Of a DNA stretch of 64,000 nt, positions 48,199 through 58,951 are shown in pieces (positions within the stretch are counted from its first letter, which is position 1; each line of letters begins with the position of its first letter). The notes under the pieces were generated by a model, which did not search any database, was not told the origin of the DNA, and was given only the letters and a program-made list of their open reading frames with translations. Origin of the DNA: Dehalococcoidia bacterium (lineage in GTDB: Bacteria > Chloroflexota > Dehalococcoidia > Bin125). Both the position numbers and the translations under genes were made by a program. The DNA is taken from positions 320,001-384,000 of the forward strand of contig CAXXNO010000004.1 in NCBI GenBank assembly GCA_963663235.2, given 5' to 3'.

Positions 48199-51100
48199 TC
48201 AGCCGACGCTTGCGCTGGCGGTGAGGGGCTCTAGGGAGGCCGAGCCCCGATCTCCGAGTGCGCCGCGCAACGCCTCCAGCAGGGCGTGGGAGCCGCTGCA
48301 CGACGGAAGCTCCAAGGTCACCTGTTCGCCCACGCCATCGACGGTGAGCATGGCGCCGAAGTCGCCGGGCGACTCTCGGATCAGGTGCATCGCCTGGTGC
48401 AGGCGTTCCTGGTCGGCGTCGGGGTCGTCGGTCTCCTGCAAGCGGACGTGGAGGGTGGGCCCGGCGCCGTTGCGGGGCGCCGCGACGGGTGGCGGTGGGC
48501 GATCCTCCGCGATGGCGCGGGCCGGCGGGGCAGCCGGCGGTGGCTGCTGGGCGTCCGCGCGTTGGGGGCGCGGCGCTTGCTCTCCCGGCTCCGAGCGGCT
48601 CGCCCATCGCGAGGGGTCATCGAGGAGCCGGCCGCCGCCCGTTCCATCGACGTAGGGTGTCACGTCCGAGACGGCGACGGTGAGGCGGTCGCCGCGACTG
48701 CGGACGCGGGCGCGGATGAGCAGCACCGTGCCGTCGCGCCAGAGGTCGCGGGTGGTGGCGAAGCGATCGGGCCAGACAGTGACCTCGACAGCGCCGGAGA
48801 GGTCCTCGATCAGGGCGGCGCAGAACGGCTCCCCTTTTTTCGTGGTCAGGGGCCGCACGAGGCCCACCATCCCCGCCAGCACCACCTGTTGGCCGTCCAG
48901 GTCATCGGTGACTTCGACCGCCTGTGTGGTCACGTAGGGCGCAAGGGCCGCCGCGGTGCGCTGGAAGGGGTGGGCCGTCATGTAGGCGCCCAGCAGCTCC
49001 TTCTCCCACTGCAGTTGCTCGTTGGTGGTGGCGTCCGCCTCCTCCAGCAGCAGTTCAGGGTGGGGCGTCTCCACTTCCTCGCCGAAGAGGTCGAACATGG
49101 TGGTTTGGCCGCTGGCGCGGAGCTCTTCTTCGCGCTGGGCCCGCAGCGCGATGCGGTCGATGTTGGCCAGGGCAGCGCCGCGCGGGGCCAGGGAGTCGAA
49201 GGCGCCGGCCTTGATCAGGCTCTCCAGGGCCCGCTTGTTCAGCGCGCGCAGGTCGGCCCGACGGCAGAGGTCGTCAAGGGAGGAGAAGGGGCCGTCCTTA
49301 TCGCGGGCGGCGATCAGGCGCTCGACCTCGCCGCGGCCGACGTTCTTCACGTTCGCGAGCCCAAAGCGGATCCCGTGGCGGCCGTCCTCCAGCACTTCCA
49401 CGCTGAACTGGTCACGGGACTGGTTCGCGTCCGGCGGGAGCACCGGGATGTTGAGATGCGTGCATTCGGTGATGGCGAGGCCGACGCGGTCCTGATCGCC
49501 GGCGGCCACGCGCAAGACGGCGGTCATATAGGGAGCGGGGTAGTGGGCCTTGAGGTAGGCGGTCTGGTAGACGATGAGGCCGTAGCAGACGGCGTGGGCC
49601 TTGTTGAAGGCGTAGCCGGCGAACGGCTCGATGAGGTCGAAGACCGTCGCGGCCTCGGCTTCGCTGTAGCCCAGCCCGCGCGCGCCCTCCACGAAGCGGC
49701 CGCGCTCGGCCTGCATCACCTGGGGGATCTTCTTGCCCATCGCTTTGCGCATGACGTCCGCCTGGCCCAGGGTGTACCCGGCGAACTTGCCGGCGATGTA
49801 CAGCACCTGGTCCTGGAAGACGATCACGCCGTAGGTGTCATCGAGGATGGCGGCGAGGTCGGGGTGGGGGTAGGAGATGGGCTCGCGGCCGTGCTTGGCC
49901 GCGATATAGCGCGGGATGTGCTCCATAGGACCGGGCCGGTAGAGCGCCACCATGGCCGCGAGATCCGTGATCTGGGTGGGCTTGAGCTCCTGGATGTAGC
50001 GGCGCATCCCGGACGACTCCAACTGGAAGACGCCGAACGTCTCTCCGCGGGAGAGGAGATCGAAGGTTTTCGCATCGCCGTCGGGGAGGTGCTGGTAATC
50101 CACGTCCCGGCCGGTGAGCTCGCGGACGAGATCGGCACAAGTTTCCAGAATCGTGAGGTTGCTGAGGCCCAAGAAGTCCATCTTCAGCAGGCCGACCTCG
50201 GCGCACTGGTTCATGGCCCACTGGGTCATGGGGATGGCGTCATCGTCGCCGCGCACGGGGCGCTGGAGGGGCACGTTCTCCATCAAGGGCTCTCGAGCGA
50301 TGACGACGCCGGCGGCGTGCGTGCCGGCGTGGCGGGCCACGCCTTCCAGGCGCTGAGCCGTATCGACCAGGCGCCGGACCTGGGGGTCGCGGCTGTGGGC
50401 ATCGCGCAGTTCGGCGCTGTGCTCCAGGGCCGCCGCCAGCGTCATGTTGAGCTGGTTGGGGATGAGGCGGGCCACGCGGTCGGCCTCCGAGAAGGGGAAC
50501 CCCAAGGCGCGGCCGGTGTCGCGGATGGCGGCCTTGGCGCCCAGGGTGCCGAAGGTGATGATCTGGGCCACGCGGTCATGGCCGTACTTGTCGGCGACGT
50601 AGCGGATCACCTCGTCGCGCCGGTCGTCGGCGAAGTCCATGTCGATGTCCGGCATTTCGTGCCGCTCGCGGTTGAGGAAGCGCTCAAAGACCAAGTCGTA
50701 GCGCAGGGGGTCGATGTCCGTGATCTCGAGGCTGTACAGGATGATGCTGGCGGCGGCGCTGCCGCGGACGCCCATGGCGATGCGGCGGCTGCGTGCGAAG
50801 GCGGCGAAGTCGCGGACGATGAGGAAGTACTCGGCGAAGCCGGTCTCGCGGACGACGTCGAGCTCGTAGTCCAGGCGGTCGAGCACGTCCCGGCCCGGGT
50901 CGCCGTAGCGTTGTTGGAGGCCCGCGCGGGCGAGTTCGGCCAGGTGCTCCATGGCGCTCTGGCCCGGCGGCAACTGCGGCTCGGGCAGGCGCAGGCGGCC
51001 GAACTCCAGGGTGACGTCGCAGCGCTCAGCGATACGGTTCGTGTTCTCGATGGCCTCGGGCAGCTCGGGGAAGCGATCGTGCATCTCGGCTTCGCTGGTG

Positions 51101-51824
51101 AGGTAGAAGTCTGAGCCGTCCAGCTTGAAGCGATTGGGTTGGTCGATGGTGGTGTTGGTGCCGATGCAGAGCAGGACCTCGTGCACGTCGGCGTCCTCCG
51201 GCCGGCAGTAGTGCGAGTCGTGGGTGGCCACCAGGGGGATGTCCAGTTGCCGCCCGAGTTCCACTGTCTTGGCGATGGTGGGCGTGAACTGGGGGTCGTG
51301 ATGGTTCTGGATCTCCAGGTAGTAGCGGTCGCCGAAGGTCTCGCGGTACCAGGCGGCGACGGCGCGGGCATCGTCCCGGCGCCCCTCCTGGAGGGCCCGA
51401 TGCAACTCGCTGACGGGCAGCCGGAGAGCGCGATGAGGCCGTCGGCGTGCTGGGCCAGGAGTTCGCGGTCGACCCGGGGCCGGTAGTAGAAGCCGTCCAA
51501 GTGCGCTTTAGTGGCCAGCGCGATCAAGTTATGCCAGCCGCGCTGATCCGCGGCGAGGAGCGTGAGGTGAGTATCGTTCTGCCGGGCGGCGGGATCGCGG
51601 CCGTGGTGGTCCCGGGCCGCGCCGTAGGCCTCTATGCCCAGGATCGGATGGAGCCCGGCCTGCTTGGCCTCGCGGTAGAAGTCGATAGCGCCGTAGAGGT
51701 TGCCGTGGTCGGTGATGGCGATCGCCTCTTGGCCCAGCGATCGCGCGCGCTCCATCAGCGCGGGGATCTTGGAGAGGCCGTCGAGGAGGCTGAATTCCGT
51801 GTGCAGGTGCAGGTGGGTGAACAT
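48199..51824 (-). CDS. dnaE: DNA polymerase III alpha subunit (apparent 1-nt deletion near 51411)
   Basis: PHP domain FTHLHLHTEFSLLDG, then GSAAAS, FERFLN, MPDIDMDF, KMDFLGL, YAFNKAHA and OB fold. The two ORFs join as ...SGCPS/SELHRAL if one base is restored. Confidence 0.95.
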
Positions 51825-51871
51825 GGGGGCTGTCCGAGTTTAGCAACCCGGACCGCGGCGTCCGTGAGCGC

Positions 51872-53137
51872 TTATGCCGAATCGCCGGCCGGTCGCCCCT
51901 CCGCGGCGCTCGGTGCGGGCTCGTCCAATTGGAAGGCGGCGTGGAGGACGCGGACCGCTTCGCGGGCGCGGTCGCGGGCCACCATGGCGGTGATGCGGAT
52001 GTCGCTGGTGGTGATCACCTGGATGTTGATGCCCGCATCGGCGAGGGTGCGGAACATGGTGGCGGCGTAGCCGGGGGCGGTCTGCATGCCGGTGCCGACG
52101 ATGGAGACCTTGGCGAGGTCATCCTCCACGAGGACCTCCTTGGCGCCGATCTCGGTGGCGACCGGGTCCACGATCCCCCGGGCGCGCTGCGTGTCGGCCC
52201 CGGCGATGCTGAAGGTGAGATCGGTGAGGCGCTCGACGCTGGCGTTCTGGACGATGGTGTCCACGGAGATGGCGGCGTCGGCGAGGGGGCCGAAGAGGTG
52301 GGCGGCGATGCCGGGCCGGTCGGGGACGGCGCGCACCGTGATGGCGGTGACGTCCTCGTCCAGCGCGATGCCACGGACGCGGTTGGCCGGTTCCATGTTC
52401 ACCTGCTTTCGGATCAGGGTGCCGGGGGTGTCGTCGTGGAAGGAGGAGGCCACGAGGATGGGGACCGCGTGGAGCAGCCCCAGCTCGACGGCCCGGGGGT
52501 GCATCACTTGCGCGCCCTGGGCGGCCATCTCCAGCATCTCCTCGTAGGCGATGTCGCGCAGCATGCGGGCCCGCGGCTCGACGCGGGGGTCGGTGGTGAA
52601 GACGCCGTCCACGTCCGTGTAGATCTCGGCGACGGGGGCCCCGAGGGCGGCGGCCAGGGCGACGGCGGTGGTATCGGAGCCGCCGCGCCCCAGCGTGGTG
52701 ACGTCCGCCTCCGAGGTGATGCCCTGGAAGCCGGCGATGATCACCACCTGGTCGCGGTCCAGTTCGTCCTCGATGCGCCGGGTATCGATGTCCGTGATGC
52801 GGGCCCGGTTGAAGGTGGGGTCGGTGCGGACCCCGGCCTGCGCGCCGGTGAGGCTCACGGCCGGATGGCCGACTTCGCGCAGGGCCATGGAGAGGAGGGC
52901 GCTGCTTACCATCTCCCCGGTGGACAGCAGCATGTCCAGATCGCGTCCCTGCGGCCGGGCGGTGACCTGGTGGGCGAGGGCGAGGAGATCGTCGGTGGTG
53001 TCGCCCATAGCGGAGACGACCACCACGGCCCGGTCGCCGGCCTCGACCCGCTTGGCGATGCGCCGCGCGACGTGGCGCAGGCGTTCGGCGTCGGCAAGGC
53101 TGGAGCCGCCATATTTCTGCACGATGGGAGCGGTCAT
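51872..53137 (-). CDS. lysC: Aspartate kinase
   Basis: VQKYGGSS, VVSAMGDTTD, TTLGRGGSDTTAV, TDVDGV, two ACT domains. Confidence 0.96.
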   Translation of the reverse strand: MTAPIVQKYGGSSLADAERLRHVARRIAKRVEAGDRAVVVVSAMGDTTDDLLALAHQVTARPQGRDLDMLLSTGEMVSSALLSMALREVGHPAVSLTGAQAGVRTDPTFNRARITDIDTRRIEDELDRDQVVIIAGFQGITSEADVTTLGRGGSDTTAVALAAALGAPVAEIYTDVDGVFTTDPRVEPRARMLRDIAYEEMLEMAAQGAQVMHPRAVELGLLHAVPILVASSFHDDTPGTLIRKQVNMEPANRVRGIALDEDVTAITVRAVPDRPGIAAHLFGPLADAAISVDTIVQNASVERLTDLTFSIAGADTQRARGIVDPVATEIGAKEVLVEDDLAKVSIVGTGMQTAPGYAATMFRTLADAGINIQVITTSDIRITAMVARDRAREAVRVLHAAFQLDEPAPSAAEGRPAGDSA

Positions 53138-53153
53138 CTTCCGAGCGTACCCC

Positions 53154-54050
53154 TCAGGCGTTTTCGATCACCCGCGCGCCGGTCTCACAGGGATCGGCGA
53201 TGAAGCCGCGGCCGGGGATTGCGAAGGCCTGCGCCGCCGCGGCCATGGCGTCGCGCACGGGTTCGGCGCGGGCGGCGTCGGTGAAGGCGATGATCGTGGA
53301 GCCGCCACCGGAGAGGTAGGCGGCGAAGGCGCCCGCCTCCGTGGCGGCGGCGAAGAGGTCATACATGCGCGGAAAGAGTTTGCTGCGGGGGCGCTGGTGC
53401 AGTCGATCATCGGTGGCGGTCAGGAGCGCCGTCCAGGCGCCGGTGGTCAAGGCGGCGACGAGCAGCGCCGCGCGACTGCTGTTGTGCACTGCGTCGGCGC
53501 GGGAGAGCCGCGCGGGGAGCAGTTCGCGGCTTTCCTGCGTCGGCATCGAGAAGTCCGGGATGAAGCCGGCGCAGCGCAAGCCGGGCGCCAGCGGCGGCGC
53601 GACGCGTTCGACCGCGCCGTTCTTGACGGCGACGACCTGCAGGCCGCCGAAGAGCGCCGGGGCGATGTTGTCCGCGTGTCCCTCCAACTCCGTGCCGAGG
53701 GTGAGCAGATCATCATCGCTGAGGGGGTTGGCCATCAGGGCGTTGGCGGCGACGGCGCCGGCCGCGCGGGCGGCCGCGCTTGCGCCCAGGCCGCGGCCCA
53801 CCGGGAACTCGGCCTCCACGGCGGCGGCGAGGTTGCGCGGCGGGCGCTGCTCACACCGGGCGAAGGCTGCGCGCGCCGCGGCGAGCGCCATGCGCCGCAT
53901 GGGATCCGGGCGTTGCCGGCGCTTGGGCGCGGCAGAGATCGTCACGGTCACGTCGGCGAAGAGGGTGAGCGCCACGCCGACGGCGTCGAAGCCGGGTCCC
54001 AGGTTGGCACTGGTTGCGGGAACGCGGACGGTGACGGATCGGTCGGCCAC
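53154..54050 (-). CDS. thrB: Homoserine kinase
   Basis: VPATSANLGPGFD, PVGRGLGASAA, EGHADN, DRLHQ, LSGGGST. Confidence 0.95.
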   Translation of the reverse strand: MADRSVTVRVPATSANLGPGFDAVGVALTLFADVTVTISAAPKRRQRPDPMRRMALAAARAAFARCEQRPPRNLAAAVEAEFPVGRGLGASAAARAAGAVAANALMANPLSDDDLLTLGTELEGHADNIAPALFGGLQVVAVKNGAVERVAPPLAPGLRCAGFIPDFSMPTQESRELLPARLSRADAVHNSSRAALLVAALTTGAWTALLTATDDRLHQRPRSKLFPRMYDLFAAATEAGAFAAYLSGGGSTIIAFTDAARAEPVRDAMAAAAQAFAIPGRGFIADPCETGARVIENA

Positions 54051-54101
54051 GTGATCGTCACTGTATGGCGGCGCAGGCGTCGCGGCAACGCGAGGCCTGC
54101 G

Positions 54102-54737
54102 CTAGCGGCTGCGGTAGCCGCTGCGACGCAGCCGCGGTTCCAGCACGGCCCAGGCGGCCTCCAGCACGTCGGCCTCCGGGCGCACGGCGTCCAGGATGCG
54201 CACGCGGTCCGGCGCCTCCAGCGCGATCCGCTTGAACCCTTCGGCGACCCGCCGGTGAAACTCCGGCGGGTCGCGGCCGATGCGATCGCGGCGCGCGGTG
54301 CGGGCTCGCTGCAGCCCCTGCGCGACGGGCACGTCCAGGAGCAGGGTGAGGTGGGGCGTCAGCCCGGCGCTGGCGTGACGATTCATTTGCTCGATGAGGC
54401 CGAGATCCAACTTCCGGCCGAAGCCCTGGTAGGCGAGCGTGGAGTCCATGTAGCGGTCGCAGAGGACTGCAGCGCCACGGGCGAGCGCGGGCCGGATCAC
54501 CTCGCTGACATGGGCGGCGCGGTCCGCGAGGAAGAGGAAGGTCTCGGCCCAGGGCGAGAGTTGCTGTTCTTCGGCGAAGAGTTGCTCGCGGATGGCGGCG
54601 CCGACGGGGGTGGCGCCGGGCTCGAAGGTCAGCACGACGTCGCCCTCTACGCGGGCGATGCGATCGGCGAGGCCGCGGGCCAGGACACTCTTGCCCGCCC
54701 CATCGCCGCCTTCGAGGGTTATGAAGAGCGCTGCCAC
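54102..54737 (-). CDS. tmk: Thymidylate kinase
   Basis: FITLEGGDGAGKS, EPG, LFLADRA.H, CDRYMDSTLAYQG. Confidence 0.95.
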   Translation of the reverse strand: MAALFITLEGGDGAGKSVLARGLADRIARVEGDVVLTFEPGATPVGAAIREQLFAEEQQLSPWAETFLFLADRAAHVSEVIRPALARGAAVLCDRYMDSTLAYQGFGRKLDLGLIEQMNRHASAGLTPHLTLLLDVPVAQGLQRARTARRDRIGRDPPEFHRRVAEGFKRIALEAPDRVRILDAVRPEADVLEAAWAVLEPRLRRSGYRSR

Positions 54738-54761
54738 GATGGTCCTCGGGGTTGCGGGCCG

Positions 54762-56354
54762 CTAGGAGCGGGAGAAGCGGACACGCCGGTGTGGCTCGCG
54801 TCCCTTGCTGGTGGAGAAGAGGTCATAGCGCTGCGCCATCTCGTGCTGCAGGCGGCGGATGTAGGCGTTCTGGACGGAAAGCTCGACGGCTTGGGAGCGG
54901 CCGGCCGCGATATCGTCGATGGCCTCTTCCGCCTCGGAGAGCGCGCCGCTGATGGGATCGAAGGTGGAGCGTCCGTGCGTGAAGGCCCGCAGGCTCTGCA
55001 CCATCTGCGAGACGGTGTTGTGCTTGAGGACGTAGATGGGAAGCCCGAGCCGCTCCGCTTCGCGGATCGGGGCGGGCCGGCGCCGGAAATTGGAGCGGAG
55101 GGTGATCAAGGCGTCGGCGTCCTCCAGGCGGTCGACCACGGAGGCATTCAGCGCCGTCTCGCGGATGGCTTCCTCCAAGCGACTGTGCGAGACGGCGAAG
55201 GGGAACAGGCGCCGGTGCGGCTGGGGCGGGGCGGACGGGAGCGACAACTCGCGCTCCTCGTTTGGGGTGGTGGCCGGGGCCGCCGAAAGGGTGTGGACGG
55301 CGCCGCTCTCCTCCATCTCGCGCGTGAGGGGCTGAACGGTTGTGCCGCGCAGCAGCGCGTCGACGGTGGTGGCGACGTCGCGGTGAACGGAGACGCGGTT
55401 GAACGTTTGGATCTCCACCAGGATGTCGAAGGTGGGGGGCGCCTTGCGCTCCAGGATGGACTTGCGGGTACCGCGCCGGCGCGCCTCTTCGTCGGAGAGG
55501 GTGACGGACTGGATGCCGCCGATGAGGTCGGAGAGCGTGGGGTTCAGCATGAGGTTGGCCAAGGTGTTGCCGTGCGCCGTGGCGACCAGTTGGACGCCCC
55601 GCTCCGCGATGGTGCGCGCGGCGAGCGCTTCCAGCTCCGTGCCGATCTCGTCGATGACGATGACCTCCGGCATGTGATTCTCCACGGCCTCCACCATGAC
55701 CGCGTGTTGGAGCTGGGGCATGGGTACCTGCATGCGGCGCGCGCGGCCGATGCCGGGATGGGGGATGTCCCCGTCGCCGGCGATCTCGTTGGACGTATCG
55801 ACGATGACGACGCGCCGGCCGCTCTCGGCGAGGATGCGCGCCGTCTCCCGCAGCATGGTGGTCTTGCCGACTCCGGGCCGGCCCAAGAGCAAGATGCTCT
55901 CGCCGGAAAAGACGAGGTCCTCGATCACTTTGGTGGTGCCGTAGACGGCGCGGCCGACGCGCAGCGTGAGGCCCACGATCTCGCCGCGGCGGTTGCGCAG
56001 GCAGGAGATGCGGTGCAGGGTGCGCGCGATCCCGGCGCGGTTGTCTTGGCCGAAATCGCCGAGGGGGCGCGTGGTCGTGGCGAGGTCGTCGTGGGTGACG
56101 TCGCGGTCGCTGAGCTCCACCTCGCGGTCCAGGAAGCGCGCCGCGGGGCGGCGTCCCAGGTCCATGACGACCTCCAGCAGGCCGCTGCGGTCCGGCTGGC
56201 GCTCCACGGCGGCGCGGATGGGGGAGGGCAGGGTCTCCAGGATCAGGGCCAGATCATCCGTGATGCGCAGAGCGGGCTCCGCCGCGGAGGCCGTGGCCGC
56301 GTGGCTCTCTTCGGTCGGCGCGGGCAGATTGATGGGGTCCGTCAGTGGCTCCAC
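54762..56354 (-). CDS. Ycf45/SpoIIIAA-like AAA+ ATPase with C-terminal R3H domain
   Basis: [53 protein letters not shown], and R3H RRLQHEMA...S.GREP.RRV. Confidence 0.9.
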   Translation of the reverse strand: MEPLTDPINLPAPTEESHAATASAAEPALRITDDLALILETLPSPIRAAVERQPDRSGLLEVVMDLGRRPAARFLDREVELSDRDVTHDDLATTTRPLGDFGQDNRAGIARTLHRISCLRNRRGEIVGLTLRVGRAVYGTTKVIEDLVFSGESILLLGRPGVGKTTMLRETARILAESGRRVVIVDTSNEIAGDGDIPHPGIGRARRMQVPMPQLQHAVMVEAVENHMPEVIVIDEIGTELEALAARTIAERGVQLVATAHGNTLANLMLNPTLSDLIGGIQSVTLSDEEARRRGTRKSILERKAPPTFDILVEIQTFNRVSVHRDVATTVDALLRGTTVQPLTREMEESGAVHTLSAAPATTPNEERELSLPSAPPQPHRRLFPFAVSHSRLEEAIRETALNASVVDRLEDADALITLRSNFRRRPAPIREAERLGLPIYVLKHNTVSQMVQSLRAFTHGRSTFDPISGALSEAEEAIDDIAAGRSQAVELSVQNAYIRRLQHEMAQRYDLFSTSKGREPHRRVRFSRS

Positions 56355-56364
56355 TTCATGCGCC

Positions 56365-57315
56365 TCAGCGGACGGTGGCGCCGACGGCGTCGGCGGCGTG
56401 CTCGGCCATGCTCAGCCGCCGCGTCCGTTGGGCGATGGGCCGCACCAAGAGCAGGAAGCGCTCGACCGGCTCCAGGCCGGCGGCCTCGGCCGCGGCCGCT
56501 TCGGACACGGCGTGGGCCGGAAGCAGCAGGTCCAGGGGGCCCGCAGCGCAGGTGAGGGCGAAGGCCACGGCCCGGCGGGCGTTGTGCGGTGTTCCGTCGG
56601 TGAGGAGGGCGACGCGGGCGCCGCTTTGATCATGGCAGTGGCGGACCAGCGCCGCGGGGAGGCTATCGGAGTCGGATGCGATCACCCACTCGCCGCCGCT
56701 GCGTCCCAGGGGTTCCGCCGCGGCGCGCCATTCCGCCGGCGAGAGCGCCGTGTGCCAGCGCACCTCTTGCGGTACCGATTGCGTGTAGAGGCGAAAGAGC
56801 GCCAGGTCATCGCCGTGGGTGCGGCGGCGTGCGGCGGGAGGCGGCGGCGCCTGCGCGTCGATGGAGCCGTTGCCGTGATAGCGTGCCTCTTCCGTGACCA
56901 CGACGAAGCCGTGGCGGCGGGCCGCGTCGAGCGCGGGGCTCCGCGTCGAGAGGCGCAGGAACAGCCGGCCCGCGCCCTTCGCGCCGGCGGAAGCGACGGC
57001 GCGATCCAGGAGGTCCAGGAGGTGGGCGTCGGAGTCGGGACGGCAGATCAGCTTGTCGATCTCCCAGGCGGCGCGACCGCTGCGCGGGCGCACGGTCGTG
57101 AGCCCGACGAGGGACCAGCCGGCGCGGCTGATCCAGAACTGCCGGCCCTGCGGGGTCAGGAGGCTCGCAGCGAGGCGGCCCCAGTCGCTCTTTTGTACGT
57201 CGCCGGCACGTGCACAGCGGGCGAAGGTCACGGCCTGGTTGGGGCAGGCGCCGCTGTCATGCGTCAGCAGCGCTGGGACATCGGTGAGGCGCAGCGCGCG
57301 CACCGAGGCCGTCAT
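56365..57315 (-). CDS. Hypothetical protein, probable tandem GNAT-like fold
   Basis: [14 protein letters not shown]...[15 protein letters not shown]; ATG overlaps the pdxT stop (ATGA). Confidence 0.6.
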   Translation of the reverse strand: MTASVRALRLTDVPALLTHDSGACPNQAVTFARCARAGDVQKSDWGRLAASLLTPQGRQFWISRAGWSLVGLTTVRPRSGRAAWEIDKLICRPDSDAHLLDLLDRAVASAGAKGAGRLFLRLSTRSPALDAARRHGFVVVTEEARYHGNGSIDAQAPPPPAARRRTHGDDLALFRLYTQSVPQEVRWHTALSPAEWRAAAEPLGRSGGEWVIASDSDSLPAALVRHCHDQSGARVALLTDGTPHNARRAVAFALTCAAGPLDLLLPAHAVSEAAAAEAAGLEPVERFLLLVRPIAQRTRRLSMAEHAADAVGATVR

Positions 57316-57917
57316 GCGACCCCCTCTGGTAGCGCGGAGCGGCCCGCGCCGACGCACTGGTCTACGAAATAGCGATGCAGGCGGGTGTCCGGGGTCAGCT
57401 CGGGATGAAAGGTGGTGGCCAGGAGGGCCCCGCGCCGGACCGCCACCGGCTCGCCGTCCAGCGCCAACAGCGTTTCGACGCCGTCGCGCACCTCGCGGAT
57501 GCGTGGGGCCCGGATAAAGACGGCGTGCAGCGGCTCATCGCCGAGGGCCGGCCCCTGGAGGTCCGTCTCGAACGAGTCGATCTGGCGGCCGTAGGCGTTG
57601 CGCTCGATGGTCATGGGGAGCAGGGAGAGGGCGGGGCGGTCCAGGTCCAGCACTCGGTCGGCGAGCAGGATGGCCCCGGCACAGGTGCCCCAGATGGGGA
57701 AGCCGGTTGCGCCCAACTCCCGGAGCGGCGTGTGCAGGTCGAAGGTGAGGAGGAGACGGGCGATGGTGGTGCTTTCGCCGCCGGGGATGATCAGGCCGTC
57801 CAGCCCGCTGAGGTCCGCCGCCAAGCGGACCTCGCGCGTGGCCACATCGATAGAGCGGAGGAGGTGTACGTGCTCCCGGAAATCGCCCTGGAGCGCGAGC
57901 ACCCCAATCGTCGGCAT
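57312..57917 (-). CDS. pdxT: PLP synthase glutaminase subunit
   Basis: GVLALQGDF, PGGESTT, GTCAG, RNAYGRQIDSFE, FIRAP, FHPELT. Confidence 0.97.
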   Translation of the reverse strand: MPTIGVLALQGDFREHVHLLRSIDVATREVRLAADLSGLDGLIIPGGESTTIARLLLTFDLHTPLRELGATGFPIWGTCAGAILLADRVLDLDRPALSLLPMTIERNAYGRQIDSFETDLQGPALGDEPLHAVFIRAPRIREVRDGVETLLALDGEPVAVRRGALLATTFHPELTPDTRLHRYFVDQCVGAGRSALPEGVA

Positions 57918-57927
57918 CAGGGCCGGA

Positions 57928-58815
57928 TCACCAGCCCCTCTGGGCCAGGCGCTCGGGCGCGGGGATGTCGTTGAGTTCGAGTCCCGGCATGGCCGTGCCC
58001 AAGCTGGCGGAGACCTGGGCGAGGACGGCGTCGTCCTCGAAGTGGGTGGTGCTCTGGACGATGGCCCGCGCCATCTTCGCCGGCTCCGCCGCCTTGAAGA
58101 TGCCGCTGCCGACGAAGACGCCGTCCGCGCCGAGCCGCATCATCAGGGCGGCATCCGCCGGCGTGGCGATGCCGCCCGCAGCGAAGTTGACCACCGGGAG
58201 GCGGCCCAGCCGGCGCGTCTCCCGCACCAGTTCCAGGGGGGCGTCGTGCTCTTTGGCGAAGGCGGCCACCTCATCCTCGCCCAAGGTCTGCATCCGACGG
58301 ATGCTCCCCTGCACGGCGCGCATGTGGCGGACAGCCTCGACGATGTTGCCGGTGCCGGCCTCGCCTTTGGTGCGGATCATGGCGGCGCCTTCGCCGATAC
58401 GGCGCAGCGCTTCCCCGAGATCGCGGCAGCCGCAGACGAAGGGGACCTTGAAGTCCCATTTGTTGATGTGGTGCTTTTCGTCGGCCGGGGTCAGGACCTC
58501 GGACTCGTCGACGTAGTCCACGCCGAGCTCCTGCAGGATGGCGGCCTCCACGAAGTGCCCGATGCGGCACTTGGCCATCACGGGGATGGATACGGCCGCG
58601 ATGATGCCGTGGATCAAGGTGGGGTCGCTCATCCGGGCGACGCCGCCGTCGGCGCGAATATCGGAGGGAACCCGTTCCAGGGCCATGACGGCGCAAGCGC
58701 CCGCCTCCTGGGCGATGCGGGCGTGCTCCGGTGTGACGACGTCCATAATGACGCCGCCCTTGAGCATTTGGGCCAGTCCGGCCTTCACCGTTGGGGTGCT
58801 GGTTTCGATGACCAT
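57928..58815 (-). CDS. pdxS: PLP synthase lyase subunit
   Basis: [58 protein letters not shown]. Confidence 0.98.
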   Translation of the reverse strand: MVIETSTPTVKAGLAQMLKGGVIMDVVTPEHARIAQEAGACAVMALERVPSDIRADGGVARMSDPTLIHGIIAAVSIPVMAKCRIGHFVEAAILQELGVDYVDESEVLTPADEKHHINKWDFKVPFVCGCRDLGEALRRIGEGAAMIRTKGEAGTGNIVEAVRHMRAVQGSIRRMQTLGEDEVAAFAKEHDAPLELVRETRRLGRLPVVNFAAGGIATPADAALMMRLGADGVFVGSGIFKAAEPAKMARAIVQSTTHFEDDAVLAQVSASLGTAMPGLELNDIPAPERLAQRGW

Positions 58816-58951
58816 CTCGGCCTCCGTGGCTGATCACGCCCGCTTGCTCAACCGTAATGCAGGGCGCTAGCCGTATTCTAACACCGGGGGCAGGCCTCCC
58901 CGCTGCCGGCGTGCCAGACGTCGCCGGAGCGCCGGCTCCCGGAGGCCGGCC

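Noticed and set aside
51400-51420. Programmed frameshift, split gene or intein in dnaE
   Set aside because: No slippery heptamer or intein motifs; a single missing base restores a normal PHP domain, and other indels in the window point to sequence error.
52668-56555. 1295-aa plus-strand ORF, and other long antisense ORFs (3916-6417, 41985-43610, 48286-51114, 31109-33334)
   Set aside because: Shadow frames opposite well-supported genes, expected at ~70% GC; no recognisable motifs.
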